Position numbers and translations under genes: made by a program. Below are positions 25,610 through 38,261 of a stretch of 64,000 bases of DNA, piece by piece; the first letter of the stretch is position 1, and each line of letters opens with the position of its first letter. The notes below the pieces were generated by a model, which had not been told where the DNA came from, searched no databases, and saw nothing but the letters and a program-made list of their open reading frames with translations. This DNA is from Octopus sinensis (Eukaryota): NCBI RefSeq assembly GCF_006345805.1, contig NC_042998.1, positions 190,402,001 through 190,466,000 on the forward strand, read 5' to 3'.

Positions 25610-27367
25610 CCAACTGACTTCTTTACCACTGCAGATATAAAATTAGAGGCAACGATGATTGATTACATCAATATAAAGAAAGACGATGTAATAAAGGCTA
25701 TAGCTGAAATGAACCCAAACTCAGCTACTGGCCCCGATGGATTCCCAGCAATCCTTCTAAAAGTATGTAAGAGAGTCCCAGCAAGACCATTACAGTTCCT
25801 CTTTCAGAGCTTCCTTGCAACTGGCAAACTTCCAAGAAAACAGAAGGAAGGTAAGATATGCCCTATTCATAAAGGAGGTAGCAGAGTGGAGGCCAAGAAC
25901 TACAGACCTATCTCTCTGATCTCACACATCAGCAAGGTCATGGAACGAATAGTCAGAAGGAAACTAATCACCTTCCTTGAAGAAAATGACTTGTTGCCTG
26001 ACACCCAACATGGTTTCCGACCAGGAAGAAGCTGCCTAACTCAGCTCCTACAACACTATGACTGGGATCTAAAACAACTGCTCAACCACTCAAATGTGGA
26101 AGTTATATATCTCGACTTTGCAAAGGCCTTTGATAAAGTTGATCAGGGAATGATATGTCAGAAACTGCGTGATCTTGGCATAGTTGGAAAATTGGGAGAA
26201 TGGCTTCATGACTTTCTGAAGGATAGAAGTCAGGTGGTAGTGGTAGTAGCCAAAGGGGCCGCCTCCATTAACACGCAAATAGTGAGCGGTGTTCTGCAGG
26301 GCACTGTTTTGGGACCACTACTGTTCATAATGGCCCTCTCAGACATGCCCTCAGCCACGCAGAGAGCCACGATCACAAGTTATGCAGATGATACAAAAGT
26401 TTCACAGGTAATACAGAACCCTGAAGACACTAAGCACCTGCAATGTGAGCTGGAAAAAACATACAAGTGGGCTGAAAAGAATAGCATGCAGTTCAATGCT
26501 GAAAAGTTTCAAGCTTTATGCTATCAGCATGCAAAACTAAATGCAATACCCAATAAATACACTGGACCTGGAGGGATTGCAATCCCAGAGGCACAATCAG
26601 TGCGAGACCTGGGTATTTACATGAGTAATGATGCAACCTTTCATGTGCATGTTGCTAAATTGGCAATGAAATGTAGGCGGCTGATCAGATGGATTCTTAG
26701 AGCCTTTAGAACAAGAGACCAGGAAACCATGATGGTCCTCTGGAGGACACTTATCCTAAGCCACTTTGACAATTGCTCTCAGCTATGGTCACCATCCAGT
26801 GTCAAATTAATCACAGAACTTGAGGCGATCCAACGAAGCTACACAAAGAAGATAGCCTCTGTGCAGCATATAAGCTACTGGGAAAGTCTCAAGAGATTGA
26901 CTCTATTCCTTAGTGCGTAGGCGAGAAAGATATGCCATAATATACATCTGGAAGATCCTGGAAGAACTTGTCCCAAACTTTGGCATCGAGAGTTACACAA
27001 ATAGCAGAACTGGGTGCCACTGCATAGTGCCAAGGACTCCAAATTTGCCATCAAGATGGCGGACAAGATACTGTGATAACCTGGGTTTCAGAGGTCCACA
27101 GCTCTTCAATATCCTCCCAAAGGACCTGAGAGACCTGCATGGGGTGGATGTAGAGGTCTTTAAAATAAAACTGGATCTCTTCCTGTCAAGTGTCCCAGAT
27201 GAACCAACTTCACAGTAGGAGGTGCAGATGAGGGCAGCTGCATCAAACTCTCTCATGCACTAAATGGCAATTGCTAAAAAGCATTTGTGAAGTAAAATCA
27301 TGTAGCAACACCGAATGGCGGTGCCCCAGCATGGCCACAGCTCGTGAGCTGAAACTAGATAAAATAA

Positions 27368-27370
<3 letters not shown>
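25610..27370 (+). mobile_element. 5'-truncated CR1 LINE, subfamily 1
   Basis: Stop-free RT from 25610 to about 26910 ([21 protein letters not shown]), frameshift near 26913, 3' tip and A-rich tail, flanked by (TA)n. Confidence 0.95.
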
Positions 27371-27406
<36 letters not shown>

Positions 27407-28015
27407 AATAAAAATTATATATAAAGAAACAAGAACGTGAAATACACAAAGGGACGAACACAGAAAACAGATGGGTCATTCGAAGCCTTTAATCTTCAGT
27501 CAGAAACCGGATCATCATAGCAAATTTTGGCTGATTAATTCTGATATTTGCTCCAACGCGGCCAGCCCCAGGGAAAAACTAAGCTGTGAGCATTAGATCT
27601 TTTGGAAAAAGGAACGAATGTAAATGCAACAGGGATGAATATAAATACAAAAAACGAAAACAAAAAATAAAAAAAAACAAGAATGGTTAATAACAGCAGG
27701 TGTCTTATGACTTTAGACAAAATGAGACAAATATAACTTATCTAGCAGGTGTGTAGGAAAAAATTGCCTTTTCGGCAGAGGGGGAATGATGTTGAGCGGG
27801 CTGCGGTCACCAACGAAATGGCTTGTTAAGCAGCAGGTCACAAGAGGGTAGAGAGAGAGAAAGAGAGACAGAGAGAGAAGGAATTAAAGAGGGTGGAAGA
27901 CAGAGGGCGCCGAGGATTGACCAGGTCACGTGAGAATAAGAGAGAGCGAGAAAGAAGGAATTAAAGAGGATGGAAGGAAGATTCATATATATACATTCAT
28001 ATGTATGTATACATA

Positions 28016-28395
28016 CATCATCATCATCGTTTAATGTCCGCTTTCCATGCAAGCATGGGTTGGACGATTTGCCTGAGTACTGGTGAACCAGATGGCTGCA
28101 CCAGGCTCTAATTTGATCTGGTAGAGTTTCTACAGCTGTATGCCCTTCCCAACACCAACCACTCCGTGAATGTAGTGGGTGCTTTTATGTGCCACTGGCA
28201 CAGCGGCCAGTCAGGTAGTAGTGGTAATGGCCACGCTCAAATGGTGCTTTTTATATGCCACAGGAGCCAGTCCCATCCAGCGGCACTGGCTACGACCTCA
28301 CTCGAATGTTTTTTCACGTGCCAGTAAGGTGACGCAGGTAATGATCACGCTCCATGCATGACCTTACTGGCACTTGTGCTGGTGGCACGTGAAAA
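28016..28395 (-). mobile_element. RTE 3' UTR fragment
   Basis: (CAT)n followed by the reverse complement of the RTE 3' end; TA-rich flanks. Confidence 0.85.
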
Positions 28396-28404
28396 ATATA
28401 TGTA

Positions 28405-28436
<32 letters not shown>

Positions 28437-28762
28437 ATTTGGGAGTATGGCTCCAAACTTACAGGGAAAAATTAGATTTAGGATTAAATCGAATTTCACA
28501 GTATAAATATAAATTAAATTAGAGATAAAACCACTATTAGGCAACTCAAACAGTGATAGACATAAACCAATATTACTTATTATATTATATTTATCTTCTT
28601 TTATACTTTATAGTTAATAAAAAAAAAATTAAAAATTTAAATTTTATATTTTATATATATATTATATATTATATTAATTATATTTATATTTTTTGTTATT
28701 TATGTATTGGTTTATGTCTATCACTGTTTGAGTTGCCTAATAGTGGTTTTATCTCTAATTTA

Positions 28763-28804
<42 letters not shown>

Positions 28805-28888
28805 TGTGTGTGTTTGTTTATTATTATTTATATATATATATGTCTTAGTATATCAATCTCTTTATTTTCAGTAAAGAAAAGAAGCACA

Positions 28889-29638
28889 ATGCCTAAACTT
28901 CTACCCTTGAAGCAGTCTGTTAGTGACCGTGTTGTTAGCCGCTTTCCAGTGAAACTTTGGAGGATCACTAATCATTGCCAGACCGGTGCTATTTCATGGG
29001 GAGCTGATGGCTGTTCTATTCGCATCAACAAGACTGATTTTGAAAGTCAGTATTTGGCTACATCTTTAAAACCATCGTCACAGGGCTCAACTGCAGTTTC
29101 AACAGAGAACATACCCCAGAAATCACCATTTCTTTTGGTGCCAATGGCCTCTAATGAATCAATATATTTCTGGTCTTTTAAAACCAAAAACTTCAGAAGC
29201 TTTATTCGTCAACTGAATATGTATGGTTTCCGCAAAATGTCACGGATATTAGCCAGTCGGAAAACAGAAAATAAAAAGGCTATATACCGAGGTGGTTACG
29301 ATCCAGCAGTTGAACCTTGCAAATATACACCGGAGAAGGTAAATTCCCAAGGACAAGATAGCAATGTCTCATCTAATCTTGTCAGCTATGATAAGATGGA
29401 CTATTATGATCATGTACTGAATTCTGGTCAAGAGGAAGCTACTGACAAAAGACACTTGACTTACGAGTACTACCATCCTTTATTTCAAAGAGATCACCCA
29501 GAACTTCTTTACCAAATCCAAAGACCCAGGACTAAGAAATCAAAAAGTGATACTAGTGGACGTTTGGACACTGAAAACTTATGTGCTTTAGCTAAATGTG
29601 TTATTGAGGACAGCTTACTTTCAGGTCATCCATGGGAG
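28889..29638 (+). CDS. HSF5: Heat-shock-factor family transcription factor (HSF5/HSFY-like), coding exon 1 with the complete HSF DNA-binding domain
   Basis: FPVKLWRIT, ISWGADGCSIRI, FESQYL, FKTKNFRSFIRQLNMYGFRK, YEYYHPLFQRDHPELLYQIQR. Acceptor TTTATTTTCAG at 28871, ATG at 28889, donor GAG|GTAAGG (phase 0). The HSF family call is firm; the HSF5 subfamily is inferred from FPxKLW, FxRDxP and loop insertions. Confidence 0.85.
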
Positions 29639-30111
29639 GTAAGGAATTCTCTTGTTTTTACTCAATTTTTTTTTGAAAATAGTTATGAATTACAATATTT
29701 AGAAATACACTCAGTTTAAGTTATTGGACTAAAATCCTGAATTCCACACTTGCTATGGTCATCATTAGCAATCCACCTTGTCCTCCTTACACCAGCCTAT
29801 CTAACATGTTTGAATGGTTAGTGGTTGGAATTTTCATTCCAACAATTTGCAAATAAAAAATAAGAAATGAAAAATCATACCATCTTAGTTTGGTAAAATA
29901 GAAAATGAATTAAAACAAAGAAAATAGAAAGAAATTTATAAGAATTAATCCCTTTATTTTGTTTTGACTGATTAAAAAACACTATCTTTTGCATTACTTA
30001 AGAAAGAAACTAACATATAGGACAATATTTTAATTGATTTACATAATTAGGTTAATTGAGCTTTGTTTTTGCATAAAAAAATAAGAAAAATTTTTTTTTA
30101 TTTGATATAGT

Positions 30112-30300
30112 TTAGGGCAGCAGATTGGTAGAATCAGTAGAGCATTGCACAAAATGTCTTGCAAGATTCCTTCTGTCTTATTACATTCTGAGATCAAATT
30201 TTGCTGAGATCAACTTTGCTTTTCATCCCTTGGGATTTTATAAAATAATAAATCAGTTAAGTTCTGGCATTGATTTACTAATTCCATCCCTCCAAAGTTG
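30112..30300 (+). mobile_element. Old SINE related to family B
   Basis: Degenerate head and TTCTGAGATCAAATT...CTTTGCTTTTCATCC segment. Confidence 0.5.
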
Positions 30301-30543
30301 CTGGCCTTGTGCCTATATTCATAATCATTTCATCTTTGTTTTAATGGCCACTATTTCATGCTTGCATCGTCCAGACAGAGTTTATTGAGGCAGATTTTCT
30401 CAGGTCAGGTGCCCTTCCTGTTGCCAACCCTTACCTGTTTCCCAGTAGGGTAGTGTTTCCTCACAGCCAGTCATATTCTTGTAGAATGTTGGAAATGAAT
30501 GACACTACTTGTATGACAGTAACACACAGACACAGACACAGAC

Positions 30544-30590
<47 letters not shown>

Positions 30591-31551
30591 CACACACACA
30601 AATGTGTGTGTGTGTGTGTATCAAGACAATGAAGAATGGAGAATTACACATACAGCATATAAAAATGAGGCAAGCTTTCTTTAGGGTTCCTTTTCTAGAC
30701 CCTTCCTCCTCAGGGTGGGGAAGCAGTGCTATCCCTGAAGAGGGCTGCTCCATCGTCAGAGTGGCTGCCGAACTATGCCCTTGCCCCGGTAGCCTGCAGA
30801 ACGACCATCCTGCCCTGACCGCTCGAGTGCAGGTCCATGGCTTGCAGCTCCCAGCACCATCCTGCACCTGCCACCGTCACCACTCGCCCATCACCGCAGA
30901 ACTTGAAAGAAGTAGAGGGGGTGGAGTTACTGGATCCTGGGCAAAAGAACTGTGGAGGCCTTGGGTTGCCCAAGCCCAGGCCCCACCTCTCGGTCCAGCC
31001 GATCTAGCCAGGAGGGTCGCAGGGCGACACATCCTAGCCACGACTGGACTGCAGTTTCACTACGAATTACATGACCCAGACATACAAAGCATTCAGAATT
31101 TGTATGAGACTATACAGCTAGTTAGTATAGAAAGTTTATTGCAGGCTATAAAAAGAACACCATATTGTAGCTATTCACTGATATTCTATAAAATTTGAGT
31201 TAAAGTGAAGTTACCTATTTTCTATAGAATGTTTTTTTTTGATACGCTCTGTTTACTATCATTATAAAATTTGTTCTAAATGAAGTTATTCAGTAGTTTT
31301 AGTTTTATTTCATCATTATGGTTGTACAATAGGGAGTTACTCATATATTAGAGACATTGTCTCTTTATATAATTAATTAAACTTAATTTTAATGATCTAA
31401 GATAATCAACAAAGGCTAAGATGATCTCAACAGATTTTGAATTCAGAACCTTGGGACAATAAAGAAGGACATTTCAAACTATCCAGTTCAATGCTCTTAC
31501 CTCTGCAATGAATTATAATTGATTTAGATAAGCATTTTATTAGAACTGTTT

Positions 31552-31615
31552 ATGATTGATTGATTGATTCCAGTTTCAGCTCATGAGCTGTGGCCATGCT
31601 GGGGCACCGCCATTT
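31552..31615 (-). mobile_element. Isolated CR1 3' tip with (AATC)n tail
   Basis: Reverse complement of AAATGGCGGTGCCCCAGCATGGCCACAGCTCATGAGCTGAAAC. Confidence 0.8.
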
Positions 31616-34111
31616 ATATATATGTTTATATACAAAATAAGTGGCTTTATCTTGTGGTTCCACATGTTTTACAATTTATTCATTACTTAACACAATTACC
31701 TTACAAAATTGCTTGCTACATATTTTAAATGACAATAACACAATTTATTTAACTAAAATGGCTGGATAATGTTAACCTATTCTTGAATTATGGGCATATT
31801 ATGTAATTAATTAATGAAAATTCCTGATCAAATCTAAAATCGATTGTTTTTTCTGAACAATAATGAAATGGGGAGCAGGTTCAACATAGCAAAGTCTATA
31901 TAATTCTACATGATATTTTCCTTTGCCTTGTTTTTCCTTTTTATGTTGTTGTTTAGTCTCAGGTCATTCATGGTTGAGCAGATCTCTAATTAAATTGTTT
32001 CAGCTGTGGCAGCCTTATCTTTTATTTAGACAAAGTATATTTGAGTTTACTTTAGCCAATATATTCTCAATTCTTTTAGACAGTAGTTTGAGATTTGAGG
32101 GTGCCATGGCATCTATTTCTCATGAATTGTGTAACTGTGTTTAGGTTTTGTTCCACTTTCTCGTATTTGGGTGGGTATGTGAAAGTCTGCTTTACAGTTA
32201 TGTTTATAGTTAAATTTTCTCTCTATATTTAATTTTGGTATTTAATATCCTGATTTGTTAATGAAAATGTTTTGCTTTCTTTTTCAAATTATTAGGTGAC
32301 ATGTAAAATTTCACAGATTCTTCTTGTGTTCATCAGACCTATACATTGAAAGTTATTTCACATTATGATAATAGCTCCTTATTCAGAAGAAGACTCAGTG
32401 TTAGAAATAAAGATGTTAAATTAACCTTAAAAAAGGCATTGATAGGCTAAAGATAAATATAATAATCTATCTACTACACACACTTTAAACCATAGCAGTT
32501 TACAGGTGTTGTTGTTACTAATACGTATATAGGTTTTCTTAAGAAAATATATATTGAAAGAAACCTGTTTATATATGGCTGTATTGAATGTTCACTATTC
32601 TATACTGCAAGTTGTATAGTGATGTAGATTCTAAATATTTGAATAAATACCAGAAGTAAGTATTTGTGATCAACATATAATGTATGGCATGAATGAAACA
32701 AAATATTTAGATACTAATAAAAGTTTGAACTTCAACATCAGACCTTGGGTTCTGGATTGCCTATAACCTTAACCCAATTTTGAAGTGCACTGTCTGATAC
32801 ACACCACGCATTTTATTTGTAATTGTTGAATAATTTCAAGAAATTTGTTAAAAATATAAAACTCAACTTTGTTTTTATAGTCTATGGTCTATGACATATT
32901 TAATTCATAGTTGAGGTGGTATCTTTCATTTGTGTTATCACTGAGTGTTAATCTGAACCTGAAAACATGATATAACATGTTCTTACATTTTACAGTATTA
33001 TGAACACTGTGATATAGTGACACCGTTCTTAAATTGGAGAAAATGAACAAAGCTGTGCATTATACATGTTTTCTTATCAGCATCACCATAGTCATTATCA
33101 CTGTTGTCATCACTACTGCCACCACCACCTCCTTTTACAGCTAATATAATGACCAGTGGGAGCCAGAGCTTATCTGTCTAATTGATGCAACCATGGAAAC
33201 CCTCTATACATAAAATGGCTATGATGTATCAAGGTGTCATATATAGATTTAATTTTTCATTTTTTCCTTAGTTAACAGTTAATTAGGGATGAGGGATAGT
33301 ATCCATGACCTTTGCAGGTCCTCCAAGACTGATGAGATCAATGCAGCTAATGTTGTCTAGACTGGACATTTGTAAGTCAATGAGATCAATGCAGCTAATA
33401 TAATCTAGCTGAGATGTCTGTACGTTAGTGTCTGCACATCAATGTGGTGGAATTGTAGGGGATTGCAGTTCTGAGAAGAAGAGATTAAGCAAAGTGTAGG
33501 GTCAGGGAGGTGAGTCAGAGTAAGAATGACGAGAGGGAGAGAGAGAGATGGGTGGGTCAGGTGGACCTGGTTTGAGGGCATATGCAGCTTGCTAGTTCAG
33601 AGGATCAGACAAAACATTGCGGCAATGATAGAAATAGCAGAGATAGGAAACTGTGCATCATAAGCCACAATGTTTGTAGTATGTTGGTGAGTAAATCATT
33701 GCCAATCAGTGGAATGGCTTTTATTTAGATGTGATCAATGATGTTGGTGCGGAGTAGCAGCAATGTTCATTTCATAGTTGTAAGCAGGTTGATTTTATCT
33801 CAGGAATACCATAATTACCATAATTTGATGTTTACTGTAACTTTAAAATATGTTTTTGCTAAGCAATCGTTTATTTTCATCGTTTTTCTATTTACCTAAT
33901 TTACATCCAATTTTCCATGCTATTATTATTATTATTATTATTATTGACTTGAGCTGAAGTTTTTACAGCAGGTTCCTTTCCTGATTCCTAACCACTTATC
34001 TATGAAGGAAGATTGAAACCAAACGGTATATATATTAAAAATTGTAAATTCAGTGCTTTTAACTGGCCAGTGTGGCACAATTCAATTCCTTTGATTTGTT
34101 CTCATTTATAG

Positions 34112-34316
34112 ATACCAAGCCGGAAGCCTTTATGGCTAGAAAACAACTATAAACAGTCAAAAAACAATGAATCTGTAAATCAACAGCTGCAGAGTAAGAT
34201 TAATTTGCCAAAAGGTTCTCCATTTAACTACTTGATCAATCAGAATTTACCTAAATTGACATGTGATGGGCTAAGACAGAATTCTACAAATCAGTCATTA
34301 TCCTCAAATAACACAG
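34112..34316 (+). CDS. HSF5: HSF5-like gene, putative coding exon 2
   Basis: Acceptor TTGTTCTCATTTATAG, open frame IPSRKPLW...SSNNT, donor CAG|GTAAAT; phase 0 to 1, matching its neighbours. Confidence 0.7.
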
Positions 34317-34628
34317 GTAAATTGATTGTCTTTCTATTATTATTATTATTATCAGCAATGGTAGCAGTATTATCCATATTCTCATCATCATTTTTTTGTC
34401 ATTAATACAGCCCAAAATAACCTGTTTCTGACTGTTCATATGTTTTATCGTTTCCTCAACAGAGCTAAATTTTTTCTTTGATTGTATTAACTTATCCTGT
34501 ATTTCCTTAACAACAGTGTTGATTACTTCCTCCTCACTTATGGCACAGTTTCAAATATTGAGATAACAAGCTGAATAGAAATACAGTTCTATATTTAAGA
34601 GATGAGGAATTATGTACATTATTTACAT

Positions 34629-34837
34629 TTACTCTTTTACTCTTTTACTTGTTCCAGTCGTTTGACTGCGGCCGTACTGGAGCACCGCCTTTAGTCGAGC
34701 AAATCGACCCCAGGACTTATTCTTTGTAAGCCTAGTACTTATTCTTTCGGTCTCTTTTGCCGAACCACTAAGTTACAGGGATGTAAACACACCAGCATCG
34801 ATTGTCAATTAATGTTGGAAGGACAAACACAGACATA

Positions 34838-34881
<44 letters not shown>

Positions 34882-35036
34882 CGATGGGCTTCTTTCAGTT
34901 TCCGTCTACCAAATCCACTCACAAGGCTTTGGTTGGCCCAAGGCTATAGTAGAAGACACTTGCACAAGGTGCCACATAGTGGGACTGAACCCGGAATCAT
35001 GTGGTTGGGAAGCAAGCTACTTACCACACAGCCACT
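34629..35036 (-). mobile_element. SINE family A
   Basis: Reverse-complement copy with an (AC)n centre. Confidence 0.9.
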
Positions 35037-35342
35037 AAGATTGAAAAATCTTAGAATTTTCGGTCAGCCAATCTGTGACAAAATTAGAGAAATAAATGAC
35101 GATGTGATAAAATTGAATAAAATGAATAAGTGACGATAGTAAATGTGTGTTTTTAAAATATTACAGCATGGAAGATGAAACTATATTTACATAGGTAATG
35201 AAATACATAGAATAATGAAAAGAACTAATAAGGGGATTATGATCTGCGCAGAAAGAGAGTTGTTAGATGTACGAAGCTGAAAAAAAAAACAAGATTTCTT
35301 ATCTGAACATCTTCTGGATTTGCATTCTTATTCTTCTTATTT

Positions 35343-35380
<38 letters not shown>

Positions 35381-35387
35381 TATACAT

Positions 35388-36870
35388 GACAAACACCATC
35401 CGATCGTGGCCGTTCGCCAGCCTCATCTAGCACCTGTGTCGGTGGCACATAAAAACACCATCCGAAGACCCGGCAAGACTAGTCAGGCCATAACCCATGG
35501 CCCCTACCTGGGACGTAGTCAGTCCACCTGTGCATACCTTCCTTCTTGTGACACTTGTGAAGACCTGTTGAGGCAAGTGAAAATCAAATCAAAACAAATC
35601 AAAAAGATGAACATCAATGGAATCTGTATCTTTGTGGTACCAGTGCCGGTGGCACACACTTTGTGGTACCAGCCGGTGGCACACATGAGAACCATCCGAA
35701 CGTGGCCGTAGCCAGTTCCGCATTGACCGGCCTCCGTGCTGTGGGCACGTAACAAACACCATCCGATCATGGCCGTTCGCCAGCCTCATCTGGCACCTGT
35801 GTCGGTGGCACATAAAAACACCTTCCGAAGACCGGCAAGCAGTCAGCCACCTGTGCATACCTTCCTTCCTTCTTGTGACACTTGTGAAGACCGGTTGAGG
35901 CAAGTGAAAATCAAATCAAATCAAATCAAATCAAAATAGACAAAATAGATGAACATCAATGGAATTTGTATCTGTGGTACCAGTGCCTGTGGCACACAAG
36001 AAATCCATCAGTGCCGTAGTCAGTGCGGTGGGCACATGACAAACACCATCCGATCGTGGCCGTTCGCCAGCCTCATCTAGCACCTGTGTCGGTGGCACAT
36101 AAAAACACCATCCGAAGACCCGGCAAGACTAGTCAGGCCATAACCCATGGCCCCTACCTGGGACGTAGTCAGTCCACCTGTGCATACCTTCCTTCTTGTG
36201 ACACTTGTGAAGACCTGTTGAGGCAAGTGAAAATCAAATCAATCAAAAAAATCAAATAGATGAACATCAATGGAATTTGTATCTTTGTGGTACCAGTGCC
36301 GGTGGCACGTGGCACATAAGAAAACCATCCGAACGTGGTCGTAGCCAGTACCGCATCGACTGGCCTCCGTGCTGTGGGCACGTAACAAGCACCATCCGAT
36401 CGTGGCCGTTTGCCAGCCTCATCTGGCACCTGTGTCGGTGGCACATAAAAACACCATCCGGCGTGGCCGTCTGCCAGCCTCGTCTGGCACCTGTGTCGGT
36501 GGCACATAAAAACACCATCCGAGCGTGGCCGTCTGCCAGCCTCGTCTGGCACCTGTGTCGGTGGCACATAAAAACACCATCCGAGCGTGGCCGTCTGCCA
36601 GCCTCGTCTGGCACCTGTGTCGGTGGCACATAAAAACACCATCCGAGCGTGGCCGTTTGTCAGCCTCGTCTGGCACCTGTGTCGGTGGCACATAAAATCA
36701 CCCACTACACTCTCGGAGTGGTTGGCGTTAGGAAGGGCATCCAGCTGTAGAAACACTGCCAGATCTGACTGGACTGGTGCAGCTTTCGGGCTCCCCAGAC
36801 CCCAGTTGAACCGTCCAACCCATGCTAGCATGGAAAGCGGACGTTAAATGATGATGATGATGATGATGAT
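35388..36870 (+). mobile_element. RTE 3' UTR expanded by tandem duplications, (GAT)n tail
   Basis: About 650-bp duplication (35388 vs 36038) and a 62-bp unit (CGTCTGGCAC at 36481, 36543, 36605, 36667); canonical RTE 3' end at 36820-36870. Confidence 0.9.
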
Positions 36871-37393
36871 ATAAATGATACTGGTTGTTTTGAGAATAGA
36901 TTTATATCTAAAACAACATTTTATAGATTTCTTGAATAAAATTTCAAACTCTGGATCAACTTCATATATTTAAGTTCTAACAGGAACAATTTTAAAATTT
37001 ATGATAAAATGTTGGTTACTTTATAAAATTATCTCAGAAAATAATTAATGATAATTGAAATACATAGGTGGTATATTTCATTAAAAGTGTCACAAAATAG
37101 TTTTAATCTTAATCTTAGATTAAAAAAAAAAAGAAGCAAAAACAACAACAAATTTTCAGCCTCCTACAGAGTTGCTGAAGCATGGAATAAACTGCCTGCG
37201 TCAGTTGTTGACTGCCATGACACTGCATCCTTTAAGGCCCTCATGCTTTCCGAAATCCGCCGAAACTACACCTGATTATATATACACTTTAGATGAGTTG
37301 TAGTGCACCTGAGCACTGTACACTATTATTATTATTATAAATTAATTTAATTGATATTTATTTTGTATAATCCATATAAAACTGTTTACGCAG

Positions 37394-37535
37394 GTTATTT
37401 TCCCAGTGAAGCTGAGTCAGGAATGGAGCTTTCTCTGAAGATCCCGAGGTTTAGTGAACCTGGTATTCAAACTCATCCTGACTATAGTAACTGCATTCAG
37501 TTTTGTTTGTCACAGACTGAGAGTAAGAAATGCAG
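37394..37535 (+). CDS. HSF5: HSF5-like gene, putative coding exon 3
   Basis: Acceptor TTTACGCAG, frame (G)YFPSEAESG...SKKC, donor CAG|GTAATA; phase 1 to 2. Confidence 0.65.
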
Positions 37536-37754
37536 GTAATATAATAATTCAGTTATATTTGATTACAAATAAAAATTGTAAATGTTAACAGTTTTTCTGT
37601 ACACAAGTTGTAAATTGCAATCAATATTCCAGTAATTGTTTATTGAAGATAACAGTTGAATTGTTTAAAATTAAAAGTAAATGTACTGTGTAAAATAGTT
37701 GATAAATATTTGTTTTAAAATATTGATAATTAGTCAATTTGAAAAAGAAAAATC

Positions 37755-38215
37755 TTTCATCATCATTGTTCGACCGAGGTCGAGACAATGGAATTTACCA
37801 TGCTACGCCAGACTTCATGGTCCATCATGGCATTACGGAGGTCCTGTTGCTGGATGCCTGTATCCCTGGAGATTACATCAGGGTAGGAGAGTGTGCGCCC
37901 TCTGGTATTGCGAGTAGATGGCTTCCAGAGGAGAAGAGTAGAAATTACTTCTTTTTCAGCTCTACAACAATGTCCAGCAAACTGGACTCTCCTACCTTTC
38001 ATAAGAGATGACACAAGTGGTTTCCCATATATTTGCATTTTGGTTGGATGGCGCTTCCACGAGAGATTTTGAGCTCTCATAAGGAGGCGAGTGTAGGTCC
38101 CATCCAACCACCTCTCAAGCTTCTTTGATAACGTCCAGGTTTCTGAGCCGTATAGTAGAATTGGTTCAACTGTGGCTTTGAAGATTTAGTGTATTGCTGT
38201 GGGTACTGGAACCTG
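37755..38215 (-). mobile_element. RTE LINE 3' fragment, second family
   Basis: Minus frame FKATVEPILLYGSETWTL...QFAGHCCRA...RDTG...VWRSMV; (GAT) tail remnant at about 37755. Confidence 0.85.
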
Positions 38216-38261
38216 ATTGTAGAGAGTTTACAAGGAGAAAGGTTTAGTCAAGGATAATTTT

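Noticed and set aside
24980-26920. 646-aa ORF as a novel I/Y-rich RT fusion protein
   Set aside because: The first 210 or so codons are microsatellite read-through; the rest is a 5'-truncated CR1 with no real start.
27470-27515. Hammerhead on the minus strand (CTGACTGAAG...CTTCGAAT)
   Set aside because: GAAA is incomplete and no consistent stems I and III could be built.
28553-28888. N-terminal extension of the HSF ORF
   Set aside because: AT-rich, microsatellite-containing intron-like sequence upstream of a clear acceptor at 28871.
33329-33400. CTGATGA hammerhead core
   Set aside because: No downstream stem II or GAAA; only a short 20-bp direct repeat.
36390-36700. 62-bp and 102-bp (10824-11172) repeats as CRISPR arrays
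   Set aside because: Head-to-tail tandem units without unique spacers, embedded in eukaryotic transposons, with no cas genes.
37523-37528. Alternative donor GTAAGA in exon 3
   Set aside because: It gives phase 1, which does not fit the downstream exons found; still possible as a minor isoform.
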